IMG/VR virus record: IMGVR_UViG_3300031277_000003
Location: 1 to 55,534 of that record
Direction: 5' to 3' (one strand)
Length of the DNA stretch: 55,534 bases
Origin: a virus
Taxonomy: Duplodnaviria > Caudoviricetes
Each line of letters opens with the position of its first letter. Position 1 is the stretch's first letter. Below the pieces are notes generated by a model that did no database searches, was not told where the DNA came from, and saw only the letters and a program-made list of their open reading frames with translations. The position numbers and the translations under genes are program-made. Shown in pieces: positions 1-8,612 of the stretch.

Positions 1-44
1 GTTTCCTGTTTTTAGGGTTGTAGAGATTGTTTACTTGGGGGGTG
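1..44 (-). other. Genome end, one half of a cos-like packaging site
   Basis: The minus strand reads ...AATCTCTACAACCCTAAAAACAGGAAAC up to the window edge. Joined to the other end it resembles the HNH-cos-terS motif of HK97-like phages. Circular gene order is HNH, this site, terS. Confidence 0.6.
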
Positions 45-1011
45 AACATAATCCATACTCATAATTCAGTCTATCTTTTTTGATTTCTTTTTCATTATTT
101 ATATGATACTCCTTATCGACAAAGCCATCTTTATTTGTACCTCTTAAGTGTGGTTGCCACCAATATAAACCGGTGTGTTTACCAAATAATTTATTATCTT
201 CCATGTATTGTTTGAAATGACCGCGCTGAAAATGCAATCGCTGATGAATATCTGAACTCACAATTGGGCCTATTCTTTTTTTACCACCGCATGATAAATC
301 CACATTTAAAACATGGTATGAGTATAATGGTAGAAGCCCTTTTTTAATTCTCTTTTTGTTTACTTTTTCAGGACGTTGTATTTCTTCTGTTGATATATTT
401 TTACAGTTTAACAACATTAGAAATGAACCAAGAAATGGAACATCGTATAAAACCCCGTCGTCAAACCTTGTTGGTTTCTTTCCAAATGGTATATTACATA
501 CATTACTATTGTATTGTTCATAATTTTTTGATACAATTTCAAGATTTGTATCATTATTATATATACTTTTTGATTTTATAATGTTTAAATCATTTGAATT
601 AAGTAACGATCCTACTTTTACGACTGAAAAACTTGGAATTACAGTAAATAAATCATAAGATATGTTTTTTACGATAGAATAAACTAATATTATTTCGTTG
701 TTTAATTGATGACATAATAAAACACATTTACCATTTTTATCTAATTTGCCAGAATCGTCCACTTTATCATAGTGCTCAAAAATAGTATATTCAAACGGCA
801 GTCTATTAGCAGTATTTTTACTCATAAACCACCCTAACTTTTCTTTAATCTCAATATTTTCTAATGATTGTGTATTAATATCTCCAATGTGGAAAACAAT
901 GCTTTTTTGTATCATATTTTTAATAAAAATTATTTCGGTATCTTTTAAAAGGAGCGTTACCAAATTATTTTTACTGCTGCACAAATCTCCCAATATCTCA
1001 TGTTTCCACAT
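31..1011 (-). CDS. Hypothetical phage protein, AT-rich, 326 aa
   Basis: Long ORF with AGGAG RBS. The C-terminal RLHFQRGHF...YWWQPHLRG motif recurs in phage hypothetical proteins. Confidence 0.75.
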   Translation of the reverse strand: MWKHEILGDLCSSKNNLVTLLLKDTEIIFIKNMIQKSIVFHIGDINTQSLENIEIKEKLGWFMSKNTANRLPFEYTIFEHYDKVDDSGKLDKNGKCVLLCHQLNNEIILVYSIVKNISYDLFTVIPSFSVVKVGSLLNSNDLNIIKSKSIYNNDTNLEIVSKNYEQYNSNVCNIPFGKKPTRFDDGVLYDVPFLGSFLMLLNCKNISTEEIQRPEKVNKKRIKKGLLPLYSYHVLNVDLSCGGKKRIGPIVSSDIHQRLHFQRGHFKQYMEDNKLFGKHTGLYWWQPHLRGTNKDGFVDKEYHINNEKEIKKDRLNYEYGLCSPPK

Positions 1012-1019
1012 ACACTATC

Positions 1020-1095
1020 TCCTGTTGATAATCCCTGACATTTAAAGTGCAAGGCCGGTCAGGTTCCGGCCGTTCGGGAGCTAACCTATGCACTT
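1020..1095 (-). ncRNA. Putative structured cis-regulatory RNA leader
   Basis: Outer stem AAGTGCA/TGCACTT and inner stem GGCCGG/CCGGCC. The loop CCTGA can pair with downstream TCAGG or with the CAGGAG RBS. Confidence 0.45.
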
Positions 1096-1111
1096 GTTCA
1101 ATAATTCAACC

Positions 1112-1336
1112 TCATCCCTTCTCAATCGGAAATGCTGTTTTTTCTGATATAGTTTCCACCCCGTTTAGAAAACTATCTATATCAATCTTTCTGACTATAT
1201 AATTTCTACCGTTATGAATAACCTGAACATCGCAACAACTCTTGTATGATATAGCAAAGGCATCAACAATCGCCTGTTCTAATGTAGCGCCGAAGTTAGC
1301 ATTGATAACAATTTTACATATATGACTATTCTCCAT
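1112..1336 (-). CDS. Hypothetical protein
   Basis: 74 aa ORF with AGGAGG RBS. Confidence 0.75.
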   Translation of the reverse strand: MENSHICKIVINANFGATLEQAIVDAFAISYKSCCDVQVIHNGRNYIVRKIDIDSFLNGVETISEKTAFPIEKG

Positions 1337-1362
1337 TTAATGCCTCCTTTTGTTATTTATTA

Positions 1363-1701
1363 TTATTCAATCGGATACCCGTCCAACCCAATTTTTTTAA
1401 TCACCTTCCCGCTCTTCTCGAACGCCTGTTTAACAGAATCATGGCACTGTTTGCAGAGTGATTGAAACGGGCCGTTCCAGAACTTGACCATGTTCCCGCG
1501 GTGCGGTTCGATGTGATCGCAAACCATATCACGAGAATTCATTACCCTTCCACATATTGCGCACTCTGGATATTTAGCAATTTGATATGCCCTTATCTTT
1601 CTCCACCTTGGAGTACGGTATAGGTGGCTATACTTTCCGGCGCGTTCTCTGTGAATATCGGGTTCGTGATACGGTTTATACGTTTTTGATTTTTTAGGCA
1701 T
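1363..1701 (-). CDS. HNH endonuclease (HK97 gp74-like terminase accessory)
   Basis: LYRTPRWRKIR...CAIC...DHIEPHRG...QSLCKQCH motifs. The likely ATG at 1701 overlaps the end of the upstream ORF. Confidence 0.9.
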   Translation of the reverse strand: MPKKSKTYKPYHEPDIHRERAGKYSHLYRTPRWRKIRAYQIAKYPECAICGRVMNSRDMVCDHIEPHRGNMVKFWNGPFQSLCKQCHDSVKQAFEKSGKVIKKIGLDGYPIE

Positions 1702-1879
1702 CGGTATTCTTAATTGGTTTTCCGTCGAGGTATTGACCTGGCTCTTCGCAGTCATCATTTTTTTTACTATCATTCATAACGTAATCGATAAGCTCTTGGT
1801 TCGATACCGCAAGCGCGTTGATGGCGATGGTAAGATCCTCGATTAATTTGCAGAGTTTTTCAAATTGTGGATCGGTCAT
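1694..1879 (-). CDS. Hypothetical protein
   Basis: 61 aa ORF, ATGA-coupled to the upstream ORF. Confidence 0.6.
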   Translation of the reverse strand: MTDPQFEKLCKLIEDLTIAINALAVSNQELIDYVMNDSKKNDDCEEPGQYLDGKPIKNTDA

Positions 1880-2070
1880 TGTTTATTACCCCGCAATTTG
1901 AAACGCCGGTGCCAACAGCGTTGAGGATAATTCGCGTCGTATGTCTTCGATGCATCTACTATCGAAACAAAATTAAGGCGCTTGTCTCCTGGTTTCAGGT
2001 TCGACAGTTCGCACTCACCGAGAGTATTCTGCGGACAGTTTTCAATACTGCATACCATCTTATCCTCCAA
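1876..2070 (-). CDS. Hypothetical Cys-containing protein
   Basis: 64 aa ORF coupled to the next gene. The start may be the ATG after GGAGG. Confidence 0.6.
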   Translation of the reverse strand: MEDKMVCSIENCPQNTLGECELSNLKPGDKRLNFVSIVDASKTYDANYPQRCWHRRFKLRGNKQ

Positions 2071-2404
2071 TCAATACCGTTGCCCCCTTTCCCCCAAATA
2101 TTATTAGGGTTAGGGGGGAGTGTTGCCTGGCTGCAATCGTCACCACTGCCGGGTTATCCGGGGGCGTCGCGGCGGTTAGTATCCGGTCGCCTGCTGCTGG
2201 TGTACAGTCACGTGCGGCAGGGCGTTAATGTTGTGACCTGTCATTCAGTCACCCACCCGATGATATTAGATTCTATCATCAATGCCGCACTCCCTATAAA
2301 ACAAAAACGGGCCGCCGTTACCGGACAGCCCGCGACTCGATGCACTATTGTCGCCCGGTGTTGCAACATCTCGCAGCGCCACCCGGGCCGGTAATCCAGA
2401 CGTT

Positions 2405-2665
2405 TCATGCATCGATATTATCCTCATATCGCATCATATCGCAATAATTACTGCCTGGATCAGCATTGATCTCACATTTTACCGCGACATTACCGTGACC
2501 GCATTTAGCGCATTCCGGGCAATCTATATTGGAGGCTATTTTTAGAAGTTCCTTAACCTCATCGAATTTTAAAATATCTCCCTTTTGACGTACCTTAAGC
2601 GCCGGAGTGGCATATCCGTTCTCATCCCTGCGTATAACCATCGTGTATCTTTTAAATTTCGGCAT
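2405..2665 (-). CDS. Hypothetical protein with Cys cluster
   Basis: 86 aa ORF, GAGG RBS, CPECAKC motif. Confidence 0.65.
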   Translation of the reverse strand: MPKFKRYTMVIRRDENGYATPALKVRQKGDILKFDEVKELLKIASNIDCPECAKCGHGNVAVKCEINADPGSNYCDMMRYEDNIDA

Positions 2666-2683
2666 ACAATAAATACCTCAAAT

Positions 2684-2716
2684 AAAAAATACCCCGCACT
2701 GTGTGATCATGCGGGG
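2684..2716 (-). terminator. Rho-independent terminator-like hairpin
   Basis: CCCCGCA...TGCGGGG stem followed by a U-tract on the minus strand. Confidence 0.55.
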
Positions 2717-3052
2717 CAGATCCAATATACCATGCCGAAACTGAAGCATGGCTGACGCAATCCGGGTGCAGCTCGACCGTCTACGGCACACTCCTGAACA
2801 CCGACTCCTCTGCACTCGCGTCGGTTGGTAATCCTCTCGTAATTGCGCCATCTTTGTCCTATCTAAGGATTTTCCTAAATAAAAAACCGGTATTGTATTT
2901 AACCTTCCCTCCCCCACTGCGACGAAAGGGAGGGCGAAACACAATACCGGTCTGTTTGTCTTTTCCCGGTGTCGCAGTGTATTTCAACGAACAAAATCCC
3001 TATAAACATACATCCGTTTCCCAGCCGATGCAAGATATTTTTTATTTGAGAC

Positions 3053-3079
3053 AAAAAAAGCCCTGTCCGGAGACAGGGC
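3053..3079 (-). terminator. Rho-independent terminator-like hairpin
   Basis: GCCCTGTC/GACAGGGC stem followed by U7 on the minus strand. Confidence 0.6.
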
Positions 3080-3309
3080 ATAAAATTAAAAATGTCCAAA
3101 ATCTCTAAATATCTAACCTTCAGCTACCTTTGCGTATCATGTAGCACATATGTGCCCTCCTCCAGGAATCACCCTGTCACAGTTAAGTTTCGGCCAAAAT
3201 ATAACTGAATAAAATTATGCATACGGAAGTAATATAATAAAAATTCTGGCATGAAGCTACTTTTTTCAACCTGTAAAAAATCCCGACTTTGGGACTATAT
3301 TTTTTTATC

Positions 3310-3338
3310 TTGTATCGTATACGTTTTAGTTGTATATT
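3310..3338 (+). promoter_or_regulatory. Sigma70-type promoter (early P1)
   Basis: TTGTAT-N17-TATATT upstream of the RBS and ORF at 3360. Confidence 0.6.
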
Positions 3339-3359
3339 ATAAAGGAAAGGAGAATAAAC

Positions 3360-3521
3360 ATGCATACGGTAAAAATGTGGACTGCAGCGGAAATGGGACG
3401 AAAGGGTGGGAAAATAAGTCGTCGAATACTTACTCCGGAACAAGCCAGGGAAATGGTAAGAATACGCGAAGAGCTCAAACGAGCAAAAACAGCCTCAAAT
3501 AATCCAAATATTGTGCAATAA
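3360..3521 (+). CDS. Small basic protein with KGG-type motif
   Basis: AAGGAG RBS; AAEMGRKGG motif. Confidence 0.65.
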   Translation: MHTVKMWTAAEMGRKGGKISRRILTPEQAREMVRIREELKRAKTASNNPNIVQ

Positions 3522-3548
3522 TCTGAATACGCTTTTTTAAAATAATCC

Positions 3549-3577
3549 TTGCATCGTAAACGATTATGTTGTATATT
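3549..3577 (+). promoter_or_regulatory. Sigma70-type promoter (early P2)
   Basis: TTGCAT-N17-TATATT, a near-copy of the 3310 promoter. Confidence 0.65.
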
Positions 3578-3614
3578 ATAGGTATAACCAAAACAACCAA
3601 CCGAGGAGGAACAG

Positions 3615-3869
3615 ATGAATAGATTAACATGGCAAAACGGGTATGAATGTCACTACGGAGATACCACAGTAGTGATATCCACCAACGTGGATCTTGACGA
3701 CGATTACGATTGGCCGCGCACTCACAAGGCTCTTACTCGCGAGGGGCGGTCCATCCGTGTTATTATCAATCATGACGCGACGGGAACAGCCACGCCAGGT
3801 ACTGGTGATACTGTTGTGCGGTCAATCCCACGAGGCTGGACCGTCGGCGATCGAGATTTTGCGGCATAA
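3615..3869 (+). CDS. Hypothetical early protein
   Basis: 84 aa ORF with GAGGAGG RBS. Confidence 0.75.
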   Translation: MNRLTWQNGYECHYGDTTVVISTNVDLDDDYDWPRTHKALTREGRSIRVIINHDATGTATPGTGDTVVRSIPRGWTVGDRDFAA

Positions 3870-3921
3870 GGTCGAAACGGGCAAACGCCCGTATGCCGGT
3901 TAATCCGGTACTGACGAGACC
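3870..3921 (+). ncRNA. Hammerhead ribozyme, type II
   Basis: GGTC-GAAA-CGGGC(AAAC)GCCCG-TA-TGCCGG(TTAAT)CCGGTA-CTGACGA-GACC. The catalytic core and all three stems are present. Predicted cleavage is after GUA at 3893. Confidence 0.9.
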
Positions 3922-3945
3922 AAATCAACCAACCAGGAGGACAGA

Positions 3946-4125
3946 ATGAGAGCTACCGCAGTTGTAAAAGCGAAAAATGGCGTAATGGGATTCACACTAT
4001 TTCTGAACGATTCTGAATATGGTCATTATCCCTGCGATGATGGGCGGTTTCAAGAATCGATGAATGCGGCATTATCTGACGCTGCCGATTATGGATATAC
4101 CGAGATATCGTTTATTGATGGATAA
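3946..4125 (+). CDS. Hypothetical protein, 59 aa (not in ORF track)
   Basis: AGGAGG RBS; open ATG-TAA frame starting MRATAVVKAKNG. Confidence 0.7.
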   Translation: MRATAVVKAKNGVMGFTLFLNDSEYGHYPCDDGRFQESMNAALSDAADYGYTEISFIDG

Positions 4126-4170
4126 CCCACCCACCCCGCCCCGGCAACGGGGCATCACCGAGGAGGAAAT

Positions 4171-4329
4171 ATGACAATAACAATGAATTGCCCGGTATGC
4201 GACTCGGGAGAGTTCACGGTAGAACTGCCGGAACTCAAATTAGAATTAATTGCTCACGAAACAGAAACGGTATCGAAAGCAGAATTTCAGTGCCCGGAAT
4301 GCGGAAAGCTTTTTTGGATAACAGGGTAA
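4171..4329 (+). CDS. Small zinc-ribbon protein, 52 aa (not in ORF track)
   Basis: GAGGAGG RBS; CPVC...CPECGK. Confidence 0.7.
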   Translation: MTITMNCPVCDSGEFTVELPELKLELIAHETETVSKAEFQCPECGKLFWITG

Positions 4330-4338
4330 TCAGGAGGC

Positions 4339-4575
4339 GTGCAAATGACACAACCAACCGACATTTGCCCCTACTGTCGCCAGTCGTATACGGATTGGGA
4401 CGAGCACAAAGCCCACTGCCACGAGCTGCGGCGGATGCGGTCGTTCAGCTACCCAAGCTTACGGCAACGTGAACCGGAGAGCACGACAGAACGGCTTCGT
4501 AAAATCCGGCAATACGCCGGGAACATAGAGAAAAACCTTGGATTTATCCACGAGGGAAATAATGACATCGGATAA
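4339..4575 (+). CDS. Hypothetical zinc-finger-like protein
   Basis: AGGAGG RBS; CPYC...HKAHC. Confidence 0.65.
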   Translation: MQMTQPTDICPYCRQSYTDWDEHKAHCHELRRMRSFSYPSLRQREPESTTERLRKIRQYAGNIEKNLGFIHEGNNDIG

Positions 4576-4762
4576 CGCTATCACCCTGGCTAAATCCCTG
4601 GCAAACTCAACCGGGCACTCATGGTGGTTGATCACCTTCGTGTTTGATGATAAACTATACCGGCACGTCCGGCGTTTTCCGGACCTGTCGGATTATCCGA
4701 AACTGGTTGTTGTGAATGAAATTAAACCCGATAAGGAGGGGACAGATGCAATTCCTCATTGA
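4562..4762 (+). CDS. Hypothetical protein
   Basis: GAGG RBS before ATG at 4562; overlaps neighbouring genes. Confidence 0.55.
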   Translation: MTSDNAITLAKSLANSTGHSWWLITFVFDDKLYRHVRRFPDLSDYPKLVVVNEIKPDKEGTDAIPH

Positions 4763-5003
4763 TAACTTCTATCTGATTTTTTCTTTGTGCTTGATCATCA
4801 TTGCCGTGGTTTTACTGTTTCTATCGTTTCACCGGCCGTCGATACAGTGCCGGTTTTGCAACAAAAAAATGTCCGCCCATGATTTCGAGCTTCATTTCTG
4901 CAAAGAGAAGTACATCGAGTTAAGCAAATCAGTAGCGAAAAAAAGCGGAGGGACTGTCCATTCGGTGATGTTCTTTAACACAAGAACAGGATGGAAACCA
5001 TGA
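4746..5003 (+). CDS. Membrane-anchored zinc-finger protein
   Basis: AGGAGG RBS; N-terminal hydrophobic helix followed by CRFC...HFC. Confidence 0.6.
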   Translation: MQFLIDNFYLIFSLCLIIIAVVLLFLSFHRPSIQCRFCNKKMSAHDFELHFCKEKYIELSKSVAKKSGGTVHSVMFFNTRTGWKP

Positions 5004-5489
5004 TAATGCACTCAATTGCTAAACCTCGGCCGGAAATCCCGAAAAGGGTTAGAAACGCTGAAAAGATGCTGAAAATCCTGTATCCTGGTCTATACGCAGA
5101 TCGCCGGGTATCGAAACTGTCAGCACATGGATGAATTGCACTTTGAAAAATTAAAAATCTTATGCGCCAGATACGGATGGTGGCATCATATCAAGGATTA
5201 TATTTTTCCATTCTGCGGTTTCCCGAAATCCGGACCGGAGGAAGCGCCGGCGCCGAAGGAAAAACTGATGCACCGCATTAAAATCTCGAATTCCTCAGTC
5301 AGTTACGCCCGCCGATCCCACCGGAGCGGGCGGTCATGAGATCCGGGAAAATAACCGATCGTGCAGCACTGCGATATCTCCGCAGGATGGAGCGGGGATA
5401 TGATATCCGTCCATGGTATATAATATGGGGGATTCTCCTCGCTGCTGCCGCGGGGTGGCTATTCATATTTGGGTTCATTTGGAGGATGT

Positions 5490-5664
5490 TATGAAAGATT
5501 TCATCATTATCGGCGGTTCGATTCTGTTTTGCTTGGCACTGGCAATTATAGCCAGCTACCGGGAGTTTAAAAACGCCCCTTTCCAGTGCCAGAAATGCGG
5601 GAAGATTTTTAAAAAATCCGAGTGGCTTGAATACTCGAACCATGTCAGGAGTTGCAATGGATAA
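5490..5664 (+). CDS. Membrane-anchored zinc-finger protein (start approximate)
   Basis: GGAGG RBS; hydrophobic helix then FQCQKCGK...HVRSC. Same architecture as the 4746 ORF. Confidence 0.55.
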
Positions 5665-5842
5665 TTGGAAATCTTTTAAAATGCCGTTCGGAAAATATTC
5701 CGGCGATACGATGTATATTATTTATATCAATGATTTTTCTTACATCGAATATCTTGATACACTTAATTTGCATCCGGATATTAGGGCAGCTGTGGACGCT
5801 GCCATTGAGCATAAAAATAAAACAGATCCATGGAGTAAATAA
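5657..5842 (+). CDS. Small MPFGKY-motif protein (DUF3820/ExoX C-terminal-like)
   Basis: KMPFGKYSG...SYIEYL motif; AGGAG RBS. Confidence 0.7.
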   Translation: MDNWKSFKMPFGKYSGDTMYIIYINDFSYIEYLDTLNLHPDIRAAVDAAIEHKNKTDPWSK

Positions 5843-5938
5843 TTCCCCCGCCGGGTGAGTGGTTACTTCGGGCCGGTCGGTGGTCCTCCACGGTGTCGGC
5901 CGGCCACCGGCGGGAATTATATAAAAGAAAGGAACGTT

Positions 5939-6283
5939 ATGGATAATTGTATCGCCCGCCGGATTTTGATTACTGAAACGAAGTATGTTGCCCAAAAAAA
6001 CGATGGCTCTATTATAGACCGATTCAAAGCTGCAAAGGAGGTCGCCAAATCGCACTGGCTCGTTACTAATGAGGACGACCGCTTTCGTGGAGCCATTGGT
6101 GGAGTCATGATGTCTTACGGCGAAGGGACGCCTGAGTATGAACGCATTGAGAAAGAGATGCGCATGCTCAACCAGTTCTCCGCCATGATGCAAGCGGCCA
6201 AGGCCGGTTTATCAGTACAAGCGCCTGATACAGAAGACGGATTTGAACCGATAGGACTATTGAAACTATGGCGCGAGGAATAA
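5939..6283 (+). CDS. Hypothetical protein
   Basis: AAGGA RBS before ATG at 5939. The upstream extension in the ORF track is a hairpin. Confidence 0.7.
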   Translation: MDNCIARRILITETKYVAQKNDGSIIDRFKAAKEVAKSHWLVTNEDDRFRGAIGGVMMSYGEGTPEYERIEKEMRMLNQFSAMMQAAKAGLSVQAPDTEDGFEPIGLLKLWREE

Positions 6284-6316
6284 GCCACCGGCGGGAATTT
6301 TGAGAGAGGAGATATT

Positions 6317-6544
6317 ATGGACGTTTATGATGTAGTTAAAAAGCTTCTTGGCCCAATAGAACCAATTGGGGATTCCGGTATTGACGAAAAACGGTTTTCC
6401 AACCTGATCGAAACTGAAAAGCTGGTTAATCAACTTTTATTCGACATATCACAAGTAGCTTCATACAAAGATTGCCCTGAACATTCTCGTAAAATCGCAG
6501 GCGAACGGGCTGAACAATTTTTGAAGGATATCAAGGAGGAATGA
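6317..6544 (+). CDS. Hypothetical phage protein
   Basis: GAGGAG RBS; VVKKLLGPIEPIGDS motif. Confidence 0.75.
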   Translation: MDVYDVVKKLLGPIEPIGDSGIDEKRFSNLIETEKLVNQLLFDISQVASYKDCPEHSRKIAGERAEQFLKDIKEE

Positions 6545-6547
6545 ACG

Positions 6548-6745
6548 ATGTTCCCAGAACTTAAACTTTCATGTTCAGACAGTTTCATCGAGCTCCAGGC
6601 GCTAATGACCAAGCGTGACGGCATGGTAGCTGAAAACATATACCTGGAGCATGCCGGTGATATGCCTATTTACGGTAAGCAGAATTTCGACATCATTGCC
6701 GAAAAAATGCGGGCGTTGAAGGAGGTAAACAATGGCGATGTATAG
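6548..6745 (+). CDS. Hypothetical protein
   Basis: AGGAGG RBS; operon-like spacing. Confidence 0.7.
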   Translation: MFPELKLSCSDSFIELQALMTKRDGMVAENIYLEHAGDMPIYGKQNFDIIAEKMRALKEVNNGDV

Positions 6746-6968
6746 AAAGCCTAAAGCATGGCAACTTGACTACGATAAAGCCTATGTCCGGAAACGTGGC
6801 TATGTGTGGTTCTCACTCGGCGTCTTTCGTTGGATTCCTACCACAAACCAGAAACGCCTTAAACGCGGCCCGATAATCATGTTGTTTTCTTGTGTGACCA
6901 ACGAGGCGGAACAATTCATACGCTGCCTCGAACGGGCGGAGAAAAATCCGCATTGCGGGGGAAAATGA
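6732..6968 (+). CDS. Hypothetical protein
   Basis: AGGAGG RBS; overlapping operon. Confidence 0.7.
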   Translation: MAMYRKPKAWQLDYDKAYVRKRGYVWFSLGVFRWIPTTNQKRLKRGPIIMLFSCVTNEAEQFIRCLERAEKNPHCGGK

Positions 6969-7111
6969 TTAAACCAGAGCAAATAATGCCATGCGCTTTC
7001 ATAGTGCAATACCTGATTGCATCGGTGATCTATTTCTGCCGTGGAAATATCATTCAAGGCGTTTACTGGATAGCGGCGAGCGTTCTAACCTTTTGCGTGA
7101 CGTTCCGATGA
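6965..7111 (+). CDS. Small two-helix membrane protein
   Basis: ATGA overlaps at both ends; hydrophobic 48 aa. Confidence 0.55.
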   Translation: MIKPEQIMPCAFIVQYLIASVIYFCRGNIIQGVYWIAASVLTFCVTFR

Positions 7112-7698
7112 AACCATACTATCAGGATTCAGCGGTAACTATATACCATGGTGATTGTCGTGAGATATTGCCGGATCTTGGCCGATTTGATTTGCTGCTT
7201 ACGGATCCTCCTTATGGCTTGAATATGTCCGGTGGCACGTGGGGCAAAAAAATGGATACAGTATATCAGAAGTGGGATAGCAAGCCAGCAGACATTGCTC
7301 ACCTTTTTCAATTTTCAGAAAAGGCAATAGTTTGGGGTGGTAATTACTTTACTCTTCCGCCGTCTCGGTGTTGGCTTGTTTGGAAAAAGCCGTTTTTCCC
7401 TACAATGGCAGACTGTGAGATGGCATGGACTAATTTTGATGCAAACTCAAGAGTAAAAGAGCTTGGTCGCAGTCCTGACGGTAAACAGTTTCACCCTACA
7501 CAAAAGCCGGTCGCTCTAATGTCGTGGTGTATCGGGATCGCTGGTGATGTGGAAAATATTCTCGACCCTTTCATGGGAAGCGGCACCACTCTCCGTGCGG
7601 CAAAGGATCTAAACCGTAAGGCAATCGGGATCGAAATCGAAGAAAAATACTGCGAGATCGCAGCACAACGAATGTGCCAGGAAGTTTTGGAATTATGA
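7108..7698 (+). CDS. DNA methyltransferase (N6-adenine/N4-cytosine, beta class)
   Basis: TDPPY motif IV precedes HPTQKP and the DPFMGSGTT motif I. The start MKPYYQD at 7108 is ATGA-coupled. Confidence 0.92.
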   Translation: MKPYYQDSAVTIYHGDCREILPDLGRFDLLLTDPPYGLNMSGGTWGKKMDTVYQKWDSKPADIAHLFQFSEKAIVWGGNYFTLPPSRCWLVWKKPFFPTMADCEMAWTNFDANSRVKELGRSPDGKQFHPTQKPVALMSWCIGIAGDVENILDPFMGSGTTLRAAKDLNRKAIGIEIEEKYCEIAAQRMCQEVLEL

Positions 7699-7707
7699 TC
7701 TTCCCCG

Positions 7708-7736
7708 TTGACTTCCACCGGGAACGGTGGTATATT
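7708..7736 (+). promoter_or_regulatory. Sigma70-type promoter of the replication operon
   Basis: TTGACT-N17-TATATT with TGn extension. The spacer contains the palindrome CCACCG-GGAA-CGGTGG. Confidence 0.65.
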
Positions 7737-7865
7737 AGGGTTATGGTTCGCGAAATCAATTTGAAAAAATAACTCCCCCGGCAACCGAACCTCCACGGTA
7801 CGGCGTCTTGTGGTTTTCTTCGCGGACCATCACAGGGCAGCCGAGGGGCTTTTTTAGGGTTATCG

Positions 7866-8612
7866 ATGCCAAGACCAAAAAAGGAAGGGCTTGATTATTT
7901 TCCGCTCGATACAACCTTCGATCAGAAAATGAACGCCTTCTTATCGATACATGGGAAAGATGGTTTTACTTGGATAATTCAGTTATGGAGAGAAGCATAC
8001 AAATCATCGATCGGAGTAGTGAAACTTCGGGGTATTTTCGGCGAAGTATTGGCGAAAAACTCCTGGACAACAACTGAAAATCAAGAAATTATGCTAAAAT
8101 CAGCACTTGAACTCGATCTACTGAAAGAAACAGATGAGGGCATCACATCAAATGGTATCCAGAAAAGAATTGCATCTGTTTCAAATGATCGTGAAAAAGC
8201 CCTTCTAAGATACTTTAAAGGAAAAGAAAAGAAGAGTAAAGAAAAGAAGAGTAGAGTAAAGGATTTCGGGCATACTTCGGAGAAGTATTCTTGGAAGATA
8301 AGATGTTCTACTTTCGAGGATTACCAGAAATGGGAACAAGAGGAGTATGAAAAAATAATTTCAGATTCAGCGTGGATTCAGGGGAGAATTGAATTCCATG
8401 GAAAATTGAATATACTCCTTTCCATCAAAAAAGCCCACATCGATTACTGGTCTACCAAGGAAGGTTGGAAAAAAATAAAATCCCGCAAAGGTGAATCAAT
8501 AGATTGGCGGGCAACCTGGGCGAACGCTCTTACCATGAAATCTAATCAGGTATGGCTTAAAGATGGTGAATCAAACGTATCGACCGATCCTTCCCACCGG
8601 GTGATGAACTGA
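7866..8612 (+). CDS. Phage replication initiator-like protein (DUF4373 N-terminus)
   Basis: MPRPKKEGLDYFPLDT start; directly upstream of DnaB. Confidence 0.8.
   Translation: MPRPKKEGLDYFPLDTTFDQKMNAFLSIHGKDGFTWIIQLWREAYKSSIGVVKLRGIFGEVLAKNSWTTTENQEIMLKSALELDLLKETDEGITSNGIQKRIASVSNDREKALLRYFKGKEKKSKEKKSRVKDFGHTSEKYSWKIRCSTFEDYQKWEQEEYEKIISDSAWIQGRIEFHGKLNILLSIKKAHIDYWSTKEGWKKIKSRKGESIDWRATWANALTMKSNQVWLKDGESNVSTDPSHRVMN

Noticed and set aside
1867-2394. 175-aa plus-strand ORF
   Set aside because: No RBS, atypical composition, and it overlaps minus-strand genes and hairpins.
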